From Syncephalis fuscata S228 (taxonomy: Eukaryota > Fungi > Zoopagomycota): DNA of 64,000 bases. The DNA is taken from NCBI GenBank assembly GCA_025786725.1, contig JAHLTZ010000007.1, positions 682,001 through 746,000 of the forward strand, written 5' to 3'. Positions 26,740-44,950 of this stretch are shown one piece after another. How positions within the stretch are numbered: position 1 is the first letter of the stretch; every line of letters starts with the position of its first letter. The notes beneath the pieces are model-generated. The model ran no database searches. It saw only the letters and a program-made list of their open reading frames with translations, and had not been told where the DNA came from. The translations under genes and the position numbers were made by a program.

Positions 26740-28581
26740 ATGCAATGTTGTACCGAGATCTCACAAATAGCGTACAAACGCTGTCTAACACGCAGCTTTT
26801 CCGCCGGAACAAGACCAGTACGGCAAAACTTATCTTTTTTACTTGAATCTCAAACAGAAATGATTCAATCGTTAGCAAAGCTGCCTCGTACAAAAGATAA
26901 ATCGCCATCTGTTGCGCGTACTGGGCGAAGAAATCCCAAAATACGCCGACCAATCATTACAGATACTATAGATATACCTACATCGGACGAGTTAAACACT
27001 GAAACACTCATGCACATAGTTTGTCTCTTCGTCGCGTTCGCCACTTGGCAAGAATAACAAAAAAGCATGGCTTTTACGACTTGGACGCTATATGGACGGC
27101 CTACATGGCAGTTCATAATGATTCGAATGCATTGGCGCAAGTATCACCGGCTTTATTTGCTGCAATACGCGATCTTATGCATCAAACAGTTGATGTTCTG
27201 GGTCTGGCCGCTGCAGCGTCGCGTGTATGTTTAGTGAGTGCGGACCAGGCAGCAATGGGTGTATCAATGACCGAATTAGACCATATAACACACATGTGGG
27301 GTCTATATCAATTACGACGCTACAACGAGATTGAAGCAAAGTTCGATTGGCTTTATTGGCGAAATAAAAGGAAGGAGCACCGCCACTAAGTAACGATATT
27401 TGGCATTTTCGCTTAACTGCTTTACTAGGAGCTAACAGATTAGAGCAAGTGATTAACATTGCAAGAAAGCGCTACCTCGCCGAAAACCAACCACTGGATG
27501 CCTGTACGGCAGCAAGTCTACTAATCCACATGATACGTAAAAATCAAATTGAAAGGGCAATTATGATATTACATCAAATGCATCCATTACCCGAAAATAT
27601 GTTACCAAATAATTTAGAACCAAATGATAGTATTAAATTTAATCTAGGTGATTCGGTCTTTGCACATAATGTTTTATTAGCGGAATTTGCCAAGTATGAC
27701 CGTCTAAGCATAACACAATGGCTGTTAACACGTATGCGAGAACGTTGTATTACAGCGCTCCCATTTAGCATCACATCCATGCTAAACGCAGTAGCTCAAT
27801 CAAATAAGGTTACTAGCGCAATGTTGCGTATGATGTTTGCCGAAATTAGCACGTTATGTCCCAAGCTTGATGTTATTGGATACAATATGTTTACGTATCA
27901 TTTTATCCGCCGTGGAGATAAAGAAGAAGCGTACGAAGTGCTTGCTAAGATGCGTATGGCTAATGTCTATCCTGACGAACACACATTCTCGATACTGGTC
28001 CAGGCATGCGTTAGACAGAAGGATTGGGATGCGGCCAAGACACTACTGGGCCAAATGCGCTCTTTAAACATGACACCCTCAGCCGATCTTTACGGTATTC
28101 TACTTGGAGGCTATGCACGGGCCCGCGATATTGCCGGTATGAAAGATATCTACATGAAATGCACGAGAAAGGTGTTGAACAATCACTGGTTGTATGGAAT
28201 TGTGCTATGTCATTAGTAGCACGTTCCAATAATCTAGCTGGCACTATACACGTACTCAACTGTATACGTAAGCTAGAATTATCTCCCGATAAATACACCT
28301 TTTGGTGGATATTCTACGCTTATCGCTGGACTATATGTCGCGTTCAGCGTGACTTTAATCGGTCCAATTCTGTACCCATACCACTAGAAGCCTACAACGT
28401 AAGCGATAGTGACTTGCAACTACCATTTATTCTGTTGGCCGAATTGAAAAAACAGCAGATTCCAGTTGACACAAAACTTGCTTATTTAATCAACTTTGTA
28501 TTGTATCGTATTAGCCAATTAGCTGGATTGAAATCAAAATCATTGAATCAAAACAACACTGACTGCTTAAAAATAGAATAA
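26740..28581 (+). CDS. Pentatricopeptide-repeat (PPR) protein, probably mitochondrial; three frame breaks (~27010, ~27368, ~28150)
   Basis: 35-aa repeats DVIGYNMFTYHFIRRGDKEEAYEVLAKMRMANVYP / DEHTFSILVQACVRQKDWDAAKTLLGQMRSLNMTP / SADLYGILLGGYARARD...EMHEKGVEQ / SLVVWNCAMS...LELSPDKYTF; Arg/Ser-rich N-terminus KRCLTRSFSA. Confidence 0.85.
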
Positions 28582-29718
28582 GTAAATAAATAAACAAATT
28601 GGTTTTATTTTATTACATATTAATAATATAATTAAGATATAAGTATTCTACAGTCCATTTAATTTATTGTCTATATTCATGCCACTATACTTTAATTCAA
28701 ATAATAAAAACTTTTAAATAAAGCAAGTTTATACAATTACTAATATTCTAATCAACTATATTATATAATTACTATATTCATGCCGTTTATTCTATCTACT
28801 GTAACAATGCTATCCTATTTTGATTTATATCATCATCACATAGTGACAGTACCGTGTTGCTCTCCAAATAATCATTACCATAAAAGTACTGATATTATAT
28901 AGTAGTTTAAGAATCTTTTACTTGGTAATAGCTAATTTATTTATAATCTTTCTATGAATAGTGTCATTTTTTCATCTCTTTTCCATTGTATATCCATTCT
29001 ACAGACCACATTTATTTAAACTTTTGTTTATTTGGCATTAGCTGGTTTATTGTAAATTTTGACACTTTGCTTCTTTTACTTATTACACATATACACATTC
29101 ATGGCAACTCGCTGCTATTCATGTTCTTTTCATTGTTTACTACCACTAACATATCTTAATAGTACATTTTGAGTCACTGTTATTGGCAAATCATAAACAT
29201 AGTATCAATAAATCACCAACAATCCCGGCCATGGTGTGGTATAGTCATCGATGCCATGCAACACAGTTATGACTAACTAGCTGTCATGTTTACAGTCTAT
29301 TTTAAACAACAAACACATCAATTTTATTATACCCACTGAATACTCACTCAATAAGTGTAAATACAACACATTTCAATAAATAGATTAAAATTATGATAAA
29401 ATGGCTCTATTTGATTACACATTTATGGTTCGGCTATCAAAGACAACAAAAAACTTCTTGTTTTTCTTTATTTACTTACTTTGTTAAGAATCTTGACTAC
29501 CGCCACTATTCGTGTTCTTAGTCCATCTTATTACTTTATTTTTATTAAACAAGGTAACAGGTAGGATTGGTGGGAATCTTTAGATTATAACAACGTTACA
29601 TAATTGACAATACTTACTTTAATACTCATTCATCTATATATATATATATATATATTATCTAAAAGGCTGTGTATGGTTTAGGATATTAGCGGCAGCTAGT
29701 CCTGGAGAATCACCTACA

Positions 29719-34536
<4,818 letters not shown>

Positions 34537-35423
34537 CCTAGTGTTTAACAATGACTGTGTGTGTGTATGTTTCTACGCCTACTATCTTAATTATTCTAAC
34601 TAAATTGGCGGTTGAGCTGCTAAGAATAATAACTTGTCGTCATTATAATACCGTCCTATAGTGTTACAACCTTGTTATAGACTGTTCTGTTTAGCGTGTC
34701 ACAGCCTTGACTACTCCACAACTAATACGTATATTATATATAAAAGAAACTTAAAGATATATTGACAACAGTGTAAAATAAACAAAGCTAACCAATATAC
34801 AAATCATTTATTATATTCGAATCATTAACACATCTATTTAATAATACTATTATCATTTGATTTACCAATCAGTACTTTTTACAAGGTATATACACGTATA
34901 CAAATTGTGGTCTAAATGCATTTAATAAACAATATTATTAATCATAGTATATCATTAAGGCAGAGTAGAAATACATTAGTATTGTATCGACACTCCTTTG
35001 GCTACTTTGCTTATTTGTTAGCAATACCTGTTACAATATGATAGTACCAATAGTTATATTAGGTGATTAGTAAAAGTAATATTTATTATTATGTTACTGA
35101 TATTTAGCATAAGTATAGCTATATCCCAGAAATAAACAATTAACGTATTACTTATTCTAGATGAATAATAAGCTATTAGTAAGTCATTAAAAGGTGTAGC
35201 AGTGTGCTAAAGGAATACTGGATATGCAATGATACATGTAGTATTAATTAAGTTAAATTTACACTATATAGCTTAAATTTATTATTCAATCATGCATAAA
35301 ATATTATTATATGGTTCCAAATGCCGTATATTATCTATATTCAATTACTAAACTGCTCAATTGTAATATTTTGTCAATTTTAGTTTTGGAATGAATAGTA
35401 AATATTGGCTTAAAATTTGTGGT

Positions 35424-35497
35424 GTTTTCGTGGTGTAGTCGGTTATCACGTCTGTCTAACACACAGACGGTCCCCGGTTCGAATCCGGGCGAAAACA
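35424..35497 (+). tRNA. tRNA-Val (anticodon AAC), intronless
   Basis: Acceptor stem GTTTTCG/CGAAAAC, D-arm TGGTGTAGTCGGTTATCA, anticodon arm TCTGT-CTAACAC-ACAGA, T-arm CCCGG-TTCGAAT-CCGGG, followed by TTTT. Confidence 0.97.
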
Positions 35498-35838
35498 TTT
35501 TGGCTTGAATCACTTTGAAAGTCACGTGATTTAGTGTGGATTGGTACAATATAGATTCACTTTACTATTCATTTTTAGTGTGTAGGTACTAATAAAATTT
35601 ACTAGTGGTTATTTTTGCAAGTTATCTATTTAAATTGGCATATTATCTAGCCATCTATTTATATACTCATACATGTATATATACATATTAACAATGTGTG
35701 GTATACACTTATGCTTTAAATGTCTTAGTTATTGCACCAATCGATCTTTTAATTGGTGTTCAGATTCGCTTTGCTACCATTTCAGTAATTTATTGCCGCT
35801 CCAACTGTGTACCTACACGACCTCTTTTCTCTATCGCC

Positions 35839-36746
35839 ATGCTTGTACTTGGAGTTATTATTATCTGCGCTGTTGCGCTTTATTTGCGCATCTCTTACAA
35901 ACATCCCAAGTTGCCAATAACCTTTCTGCGCAACGATCGTGGTGCAGAAGAAAAAACACGCGTACTATTTGTTACCGCTCATCCCGATGACGAATGCATG
36001 TTCTTTTCGCCTACTATCCTTGCTCTTAATCGCCAGCCTGATGTAGAGATTCATTTGCTGTGTGTAACTAAAGGTGGGTCCTGCGTCTATTGCCCTTGCA
36101 ATGCACCATCTAATCGTGTACTGGTGTAGGTGACCATGAAGGACTGGGCGATCAGCGTATGCGCGAATTGGAAAAGAGCTGTGCTGTTCTAGGCATTGAT
36201 ATTGCCCATGTTGTTGTTCTTGACCATCCCGACTTTCAAGACAGCCCAAATGCACGCTGGAACACTGCGTTGTTAGGCCGTATAATAGAAGAACACATTA
36301 CACGCCATCAGATCTCTCGTTTAATTACATTTGACTGGCGTGGTATTTCTGGCCATTTAAATCATGTTGCACTTGAGCGCAGTGTTCGGTAAGTAATGCT
36401 TACGGAGTATCGATTAAATGTAACGTATGGCAATATTAGACACATGCTAGTAACATCGCATCGACTAAGCTCGGTTAACATGCCAACTTACACGCTTGTT
36501 ACCATTCCGCTACTACGCAAGTACGCTGCAATGCTTGATATTATGTTTTCTGTTCCGATTCGCTATGTAATCGGAGCATCACTGGAACGAGAAGACGACA
36601 AACTGCTGTTTGTAGCATCCATCGACGACTATCGACGTGGTGTCCAAGCAATGCGGGAACATTCCAGTCAGTTTGTATGGTTCCGCCAATTATACGTTAT
36701 ATTTTCGCGCTACATGTACATCAATGTGCTGCATCGCGTTGACTAG
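35839..36746 (+). CDS. GPI12: N-acetylglucosaminyl-phosphatidylinositol de-N-acetylase (PIG-L/Gpi12), 3 exons
   Basis: N-terminal TM helix; VLFVTAHPDDECMFFSPTI; LITFDWRGISGHLNH; AMREHSSQFVWFRQLYVIFSRYMYIN. Confidence 0.95.
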
Positions 36747-36776
36747 AAACAATGAGCATTTTATTTCAGTTTTTGT

Positions 36777-37714
36777 TTAGATGGCTTCTGCGCGAATAAT
36801 CTTGACCTCTTCAAGAGGACTAGTAATAATAAAGCGTTATTTTTCTATAATATTCTAGTGACAAGCTGTATACATACCGACTTTTACTGTCAGTGGCCAC
36901 CACACCTAATCGGTGCACCACCTTCATACCAGTTTCTACACGACCAAATATTGTATGTTTTCCTATAATATGATGGGATCAACTGCATTAATACATTTGT
37001 ATGGTGCACTCAATGATGTGCTTACCGTCTAACCAGTCCGTTGGTGCTAATGTAATAAAAAACTACAAACTACTTATTAGTATATAGACGACATCTATCA
37101 TGTATTTCTAATTCACCTGGCTGCCGTTTGTATTCGGGCCTGCATTAGCCATACTAAGAATACCAGCACCGGTGTGCTTTAATTCTGGTGTAATCTCATC
37201 TTTGAACTTTCCTCTAAACTCGGTGTTTGTAAGCAGTTTGGCAATATATAGATATTTGCTGTACTCTACCCGTAGATGGAGGAGCCACCACGCCCGGTGC
37301 CTGTAGGATCACCGCCTTGAACCATAAAGTTCTATTATTATTGTGGTTGCTATTTGTTGGCATTGCTAGATAGTAGATTCACTAATAGTTACCTCTATAA
37401 TACGATGAAACTAAACATTTTGTATTAGACCTGCTTAATAACCAAATGAGCCATTTAACACTTACAATAACATCGTTGTAGTAACCGCGTTTTGCCTTAA
37501 AGTAAATGTAAGCGTGGCTAGCAAAGAATGCCAGCGTCTAGCTTACCAATTCATAAAAGTTTTCGCAAGTACGTGGTGCATGATCCCAGTACAGCTCAAA
37601 CGTAATGTCGCCCTACACCGAATAAGCACAGACTATCAGCACCGCAGCAGTAGATAGTAGTATTTATCTTACCAATGAGGTGTGAAGCAAAACTTGCTTA
37701 CCAGTGTCACTCAT
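36777..37714 (-). CDS. PPIL1: Cyclophilin peptidyl-prolyl isomerase, PPIL1/Cyp1 type, 9 short exons (not in ORF track)
   Basis: Spliced product [14 protein letters not shown]|[22 protein letters not shown]|[10 protein letters not shown]|FHRIIE|[21 protein letters not shown]|[32 protein letters not shown]|[12 protein letters not shown]|GKHTIFGRV...SR|[13 protein letters not shown]. Confidence 0.92.
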
Positions 37715-38479
37715 GATGGTAGTAAAAATCAAAAGAGTAGAAAGATCTAGTTTATAAGATAATTGTATTATTATTATTATTTTGTTGGTGTATATGTATT
37801 TGTAACAACGATGACTTTTCTAACAGAATTAGCTATTAAATAAGTAATACATGATTATTTTATCAATAATATTGCAGTCTACTGATTAGAAATGAATTTA
37901 TAACACCTAAATGTAATAATAAATATTAATTTAAACGCCATATATTGTAAATATTTAAATTACAAGGAATCTGTATTCTTAGCAATAATTATACTAATCT
38001 GCCTTTTCAAAACCATATTAGTGTCACTGCTATAAAAGCAAATTTATGATTATTTAAATATTCAAAGCATTCACTATTCAAATAGATGTTTATTATTATT
38101 CTCAAAGTAACTTGTATTTAGTATAGATTCTTTTAAGATGTTTCTCTAAAATACTCGCCAAGTTGTTAAATAACAAGTAAATTGCAAATAAATGTTTTCT
38201 ATTCTATATACGCAGGTGAATTAAAGATGTGCTTACTAACGGCAATCTAGGTAACGACTAAATTAGTAGCTATGAAATAGTTTGTAGACAATTGTTTAAA
38301 ATTTGCTTTTCTGCATGCAGCTGTCTAGTACAAGTACCATGGCTTGCTTAATGAAACAAAGTTTTCTTTTTATTTCATGTATTTAATAAATTAAAAACAG
38401 CATTGCATTGGAGAGTATCAGTTAAATAGTCTAGTGTATAAATGGCTTTTGCTGGTGCGTATAATAGATAGAATGTGTC

Positions 38480-38660
38480 TACTATATCATAAGATGGCAA
38501 TGATATGGATGTGTACTGGATATATGCATATTGAACAATAAATCTGTAATAATGAGTATTTTGCTGATTGATATCATTCACCACTCATCATCATGTTCAA
38601 TAGAAAGAATGCTATCAAATATAGTCATTTGACCATTAATCGCACCGAACTATTAATATA
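38480..38660 (+). repeat. Dispersed repeat family A, copy 2 (boundaries approximate)
   Basis: 38521-38611 aligns with 631-720, including caccactcatcatcatgttcaatagaaagaatg vs caccacccatcatcatgttcaataaaagaatg. Confidence 0.75.
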
Positions 38661-39539
38661 GATAAATACTAAACGGCATTATAATGGCTCTATTAGATTT
38701 ATGTCAGTTAATTGTGAATATGTCGTATTTTCAACAATTTTAGAATTAAATGACTGGCCAGCATAACGTCTATCAAATCAAAACGTAAAGTACATGCTGC
38801 ACTCGGTGTAGGACCTGCAATACGGTATGAAAGTGCAACGTGATGATTGTTAAAAAATAACGCATGTAATATGGCGAAAAGCACAATTTGAAATGTTTGG
38901 TGCGGAGAGAACCGGGTAATTACAGTTACCAAATATGGCAATAGTACATCGCTTATCCTTTCGGTCGGGACTTGGCCAAGACTTTCGTACTCTTGTAAAT
39001 TACAATTAACCGTGAGTTTGCCAAGGACTAGATGTTATGTAGTCGTATTTATGATGTCATTGATCTGATGACACACCATTTGGCATTGGCACTTTACTAG
39101 ATTGGGAATTAACGTTTTGGAATGAATTATTACTGACCTTTATTGCAAATCCACATTTATCAATAGCTTTAAAGAAATTGAGTGCATTTGTTTTAAAAAC
39201 GAATATCAATTAGTTTTATGTAAATATAATTGCTTAGTGGTATTTTAATTAAATAATACTATCTTAGCAATGCTAGTTTGGATGCGTGAAAAGATGTCAG
39301 CGTGAAAGTCTTAATAAAGAATTATTAGCCTGTTTCCGAAATAGTAGACTAGTTTTATAAATTACTCATCTTTCGTGCTGTTTTCAGTGATCATGGCATC
39401 ATTACGGCAAAGGCCAATTTGGTTACGCAGTGCTGCATGTTTTTCCTCCCATTCAAATCGTCATTCTATTTACTTTTAAATCCGCTTCTTGTTCACTTTT
39501 CTTGCAGGTCGTTATTTTTCACAGCAATATCTATTCACC

Positions 39540-40052
39540 ATGGCCCGTTTCAGCATCAAAGGAAAAAGCAACTCTTATACTGATGACAGTAGCCGCAACA
39601 ATATGGGAGTACATGCTAGCGAAGCTGGCGCCTATGTTAACCGTAAAGGTGAATTGGTGCTTTACAAGGACCGCTTTGCCTGTTTAACAAGTAGAAGACT
39701 TAAACTATATGACTACTATATGACTGGTCTATCGCGCTCATTTCCCGTTGAAAAAATTATGGCCGTTGTGCCAACCGACGACTTGGGACTTAGCTGGGAG
39801 GATCGCAGTTCTAGTGGCCCGGCCCTCCGTAGTTTTATCTTTTGGTCCAGTGACTGGCGCCGTGGCATGTGGGGCGTGCGTCAGAATGAAGATGTTGTTA
39901 TCGTAGTTCAAGATGAAAAGTGGCGAAAGGGGTTTTCGTTGAACAACCGTGCTAAATTCATTTCACTACTTCAATCGCTTATTGACAAAACACAGTCCAA
40001 TAAGCCAAACAGTGATCTTGAAATTGTACAAGAGCGAAAGTATCTGCAATAA
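39540..40052 (+). CDS. Hypothetical 170-aa protein, possibly PH-like fold
   Basis: Clean single-exon ORF with coding-like GC; beta-rich LYKDRFACLTSRRLKLYDYY...IFWSSDWRR...RKGFSL followed by a C-terminal helix; upstream polypyrimidine-CAG suggests a 5' UTR intron. Confidence 0.65.
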   Translation: MARFSIKGKSNSYTDDSSRNNMGVHASEAGAYVNRKGELVLYKDRFACLTSRRLKLYDYYMTGLSRSFPVEKIMAVVPTDDLGLSWEDRSSSGPALRSFIFWSSDWRRGMWGVRQNEDVVIVVQDEKWRKGFSLNNRAKFISLLQSLIDKTQSNKPNSDLEIVQERKYLQ

Positions 40053-40594
40053 TAAGCAGTGTTTTATTGAGTATAATGCTTAGATTAGTCTAATAATAGT
40101 GTTTTTTTCATTTCTTTTAAATAAACTGTATACTTTTCTTTTAAATAACATGCAATTATTTATAGTATTTATGTTTATTTTAGGAGCAAATTATAAACAA
40201 TATGTTGTTGTTGCTACAGCACCAATAATGTGATGTCGTAGTGTTACAAAATATAATATAGAATAAAACAAACAATTAATTAAACAATTTGAGTAGACAT
40301 AGTAATGTTGAAGTATGCTAAAAGTGAGGAAAGCGGTAATTTGTTAATTAGTGTGTATGATTAATATTTACTTTAATCTGCCGAGGTAGTCAATTATTTA
40401 CGCAATCGATTGTAACGATTTAAATAGTTGACGAGTTGATTGAATTAATTTGTGTTTAAATGATTATTTACAATAAACATTAATGTAATGTAATGTTATT
40501 ATCATTTCCATAGAATAGAGTTGATTAAATATAACAAAACATTGTATTAGTAGTTGCAATTTTAAACATTTAAATAAACAATGTAACATACCAT

Positions 40595-40720
40595 TTGGTT
40601 TCTTTGGAACATTTGAGGCTGATTATTGTTGCTGTTGGCCATGTGTAGAAAGATTGATAAAATATTAATAGAAGCCATATGATTGCGATTCCATATCGTT
40701 CTTCATTACTTCTGCTGCTT
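40595..40720 (-). repeat. Dispersed repeat/gene relic family C, copy 1
   Basis: Reverse complement gatatggaatcgcaatcatatggcttctattaatattttatcaatctttctacacat matches 51281-51336. Confidence 0.8.
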
Positions 40721-41883
40721 GTTTGTCATACTGCACATCAAACTGTTATGTGATCTATTTTTTTCTATCTTGTTTCTGTTTACTTGGACCACACTTGTAT
40801 ATTATAATAGCTATATTTAATAATCGCAATTATTTTATTCTTTTTATACTTGTAGATTATTTCAACAAAAATGCTCAGCAATTTAGTGTAAAAAGCCTTT
40901 TATTTTATCAAATGTTATTTCAACTTCAACTAATATCATACGCGTTTTGATTAGTTGTAAAGTATTTAGACATGTTACATCAAATGATGATAGTGCAAAT
41001 AGAACAGCAATCTTTGAATTGTAATACACCTATTGCATGTTGCATCATTTTATTTTTATTAAACCATCACACTGTTCAATTGAGTAAATAGTTCTTTGCC
41101 TTGCAATGACGTTTGCTCTTACTAAAATATGCATGCATGTTACACGCCATGCATAGCACATCTTTTTGAGCTAATCTAGTCTGTTTCTTTTTTATTGCAA
41201 CTAGTAAATTTAATTTATTGAATAATACTGAGGAATTATTTACCTTTACGCTAAACGCACACACGTGGGTCTACGGAATGCATATTAATCATTAAATATG
41301 TAATCTTGATTATGTCTTTTAATTCTACGTTTATTCTTTAATTAAATAGCAGGTGCATTTCATTATTTTATAAAGCTTTGACATTTTGGGCTGATGTATA
41401 TAATAAAAATAAAGCAACATGGTTTGCAATGGCAATCCAACAAAGTCTAGTGTATTTCTGTTACCATCTGTATAAAATAATGGATGTCATTATTTATAAA
41501 AACTTACTGCTTTATAATTATTGTCTTAATTTCTGATAGTACAAGAGTTTTAACTATCTTGGTCTATATTTTTATTATAATGCTTATTTTAATATAGCTG
41601 TGATGGATACTGTATTTGTTCTATTGTTAAAAACACCAAGTGCACCTTGATCTAAAAGACAATATAAAGTAATTAACAAGACTGTTGCATCATCATTGCC
41701 ATACTAAATATAAATCAGATAGTGATTTTGTAAAAATTAAAATGTTTAAAATACGTAATTATAATGAACGTTTAGCTAAGAATGTTTTATTTTACGACAT
41801 GCTATGTTAAATTTATATATTCAATTGTATCAATTTACAGTTATTAATGACTAGCTTATATTTTTATTAGTGCAAAGTAATAT

Positions 41884-43074
41884 TTAAGCAGAAGTCAAGC
41901 TTTCCCATGACTGAATAAGCGCATTTACAAGCTGTGGCTCGCGTACAGCTATACGAACAAACGTAGGCCGATGGTAGCCAGGTTGACCGCTACGTACTGG
42001 AAGACCAGCCACGCGAGCTCGTTCTATCATAGCATTGGCAAGTTGTTCGCAGCCAACATCAAGCCAGACCCAAGAGAGAAACTCCTGGCCGTGCACTTGC
42101 CACTCGGATCCACCCAGTCGTTTGTTGAGCAAACGTAGCTTATCAACTAGTGAAGCACGCCACTCAGATGTTACCCTCCATGTCTCGTCGAGGTAGGCAG
42201 TGTCACGGCACACGTTGTCAAGAAACGCTAAAGCCATTCCATTGACAGACCATGGCACTTGACGACTGCGAAGTGACTGACAATCCTCGGCTGTCGGGCA
42301 CACAACCGAGCCCAAACGCAAGCCTGTACATGACCACAACTTCGTCCACGAGTGCATGACATAAAGGCGTATACCACGGCTTTGATATAAATCTGCTGCA
42401 AACTCACTGGCCGAGACTAACGATTCTTGCCGGAAATTAGAACCATACCATGGCTGCATCGACTCATCAACAATGACGACAGCTTGGTCGGCAGCATTGG
42501 CCGATATCCATTCCTTCACGCGTGCTAATGGCATATAGTCACCAGTAGGATTGCAAGGATTAACAAGGCAAAGCAAATTGGCTGGCGTCGTACTATTAGA
42601 GGCTAGAACCCGGCAGCCGGCGTTTATTGCCGCTCTCTCATACTCTTTGTACTGGGCATCCCAAGGACCCGATCGCCAAAGACTATTCGGCGGCACAGTC
42701 CGTGCAACTAAATCGATCAGTTCACTCGCACCATTGCCTATAATGAGCCGTGCATGTCCTTCGGGTACAGTTGTGCTATCAAGACTATCTGACGATGGCC
42801 ATAGAAAGTGGGCAAGCGCAGTCTTTGCTGGCTCTTGGTCCGCCGGCGGATAGTGATGGCATTGGTTGAGCTAGCATAGCCAATCCTATTAGCTATAATA
42901 GCATTATTATCTCGCGTAACTTACAGCCTGTTGCGCGGCTGCCAGTGCAGGTTTGGGCGTCCCTAGTCCGTTAGTAGTAACGCTAAAATCCTCTTTAAAG
43001 TTAGCCAAAAACTTCCAGTCCTGGCCTCCATGAAACTGTTGTGTTTTTGCATCCCATACGGTAGGTGTTGTCAT
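41884..43074 (-). CDS. PLP-dependent class I/II aminotransferase-fold enzyme, CobD/HisC-like; intron 42871-42924
   Basis: FHGGQDW...DFSVTTNGLGTP; HHYPP; IGNGASELID; NPCNPTG; VDES; HSWTKLWSCTGLRLG (PLP lysine); FVRIAVR; exon 2 is 987 nt and in frame. Confidence 0.88.
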
Positions 43075-43814
43075 CGCGGCAGTAACAGTGACTAAATGTA
43101 ACAAAAAGTGGCAACTAACAGTAAGAGAATCTTGTAATGGCAAACACAGCAATGCTCGGTAGTTAAGGCGCGTTTTTCTTTCCCCAACAAAATGTCCGAC
43201 GCAAGGCGTGTAAAACAATAATAGCTACTTGTTGCTAGCATCACATGCATTGCTCTTGATTCACATATCATGTGATATCATAATAGTCTATAGATAATGG
43301 CTTATCTATTCATTGTGCAACTCTATACCATGCTACGCACCAAAAAAACAAAGTAGCATGGGCCTATTTGCTAAAAGTAGTAGTTTAATACATAGTCATG
43401 TTGCAATGGCATGGTCGAAGTTGATGATTATTTAATACTGACTATTATGCTAAATGAACGTTGCTATTAGAATATAGCATTGGCCAGAAATGTAATGTAT
43501 ATTGTTTATTGTAGAAAAGCTATCTAATGTTTTTTACTATATAACAGAATAAATATGCGGCCATATTAAACATTTAATACAACTTAGATTTGATATCTAA
43601 ATCATTTTTTAGGAAAGATTAAATCCGCGTTCTCGGCGGTGACTGAGCTGGTCTGAAGTGGTTTGGCAAACTCGGCTGGTTTGCCATTCCCATTCATCAT
43701 CCTATTAATGGGCATGCTCTATAATAGTGACTTATTGTCGCGGTAACTTAATATACTCGTTAGCAATGGTGCATTTTATGATAATGAGTAGTTTTGAGGG
43801 CAAATAACCGCTTT

Positions 43815-44025
43815 TTCGCATAATTGAACTAGACATTCGTTCTATTTAACATGAAACTAGTAGTAATTCACATCAGGGTCTAAAATACTCATTATCATAG
43901 ATTCATTATCCAATATGCATATATTCTCTATTCACTTGTATCATTTCTATTTCATTTTACATTACTATATATCATTATATCATATAACAAACATATTATT
44001 TTTTGTTATATATTTCAATTCACCC
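43815..44025 (-). repeat. Dispersed repeat family A, copy 3 (inverted; boundaries approximate)
   Basis: Reverse complement aligns with 535-745 over ~200 bp; 38/40 identity in the core. Confidence 0.8.
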
Positions 44026-44209
44026 CACTCATTCCACTCATTGCGTTACACATAATATAATTTCAACATTGCTATTCGTATACTTTTATAAGGTTTATAA
44101 TTATAATATTGATACTGGTGAGCTATGTAATTTATATAGTTTATTACAAAAGAACATAATGTGTTATATAACTACTTGGACGTAAAAATAAACTGTAAAC
44201 AAATAGTAA

Positions 44210-44950
44210 GATAATGATCAATAACAACGACCATGACGCGGCTTATCTGTTAAATTAACAGCATTATAGTGACTAAGTACATATTTACATATCACTACAT
44301 TATAGACAAAATAGCAAATATACACTGTTTAGAATACGGTATTAACGTATTATAAATATGCTCGGAAATTTGAGAATACAAAACAAACTGATAGTTTTAG
44401 TGTAATATCAATCAATCCAAATATCAGCACATTCAAACAATTGAATCATTAATACGCTAATAAGTTACTGATGGCCAGACAGCGCATAATTAATACTATA
44501 GTATTTTAAACAAATAAAACAAAACTAATACTAATACCAAATACAAATATCTGCATGTCACCATTATTCTGCTGTATTTGTTTAATCTTGTGTCTACTAT
44601 TATCAAATAAACTAAAACTATATTTATTGAGCACATTAATATATACAAACATGCCATAGTTTTTATAATATAAAATAACAACTATTGATATTGCCAAACA
44701 ACGAAGCCATTACAGGCTGACTTAACAATAAACTGACTACAATAAGCTACCTAACATGTATCTACATCAATAACAACACCATACGCTAATTACAATATAA
44801 TTAGCAAAAAGGTGCCTTTGAAGCCAAGTTTCAGTATGAGTTTGTTGTATAAACCATTAAGATTACTTATGACTGTTAAATATACTGGAATGGCAATCAA
44901 CCAAATGATAAGCAAAACAATGTACAAATAGTTTATATAACTATCACGCC
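44210..44950 (-). pseudogene. Possible relic of a multi-pass membrane protein gene
   Basis: Interrupted hydrophobic frames, e.g. YLYIVLLIIWLIAIPVYLTVISNLNGLYNKLILKLGFKGTFLLIIL*LAYGVVIDVDTC*; could be AT-rich noise. Confidence 0.25.

Noticed and set aside
43600-43760. Short GC-richer segment reading MPINRMMNGNGKPAEFAKPLQTSSVTAENADLIFPKK on the minus strand
   Set aside because: Too short and unrecognisable; possibly a gene fragment next to repeat A but not supportable.
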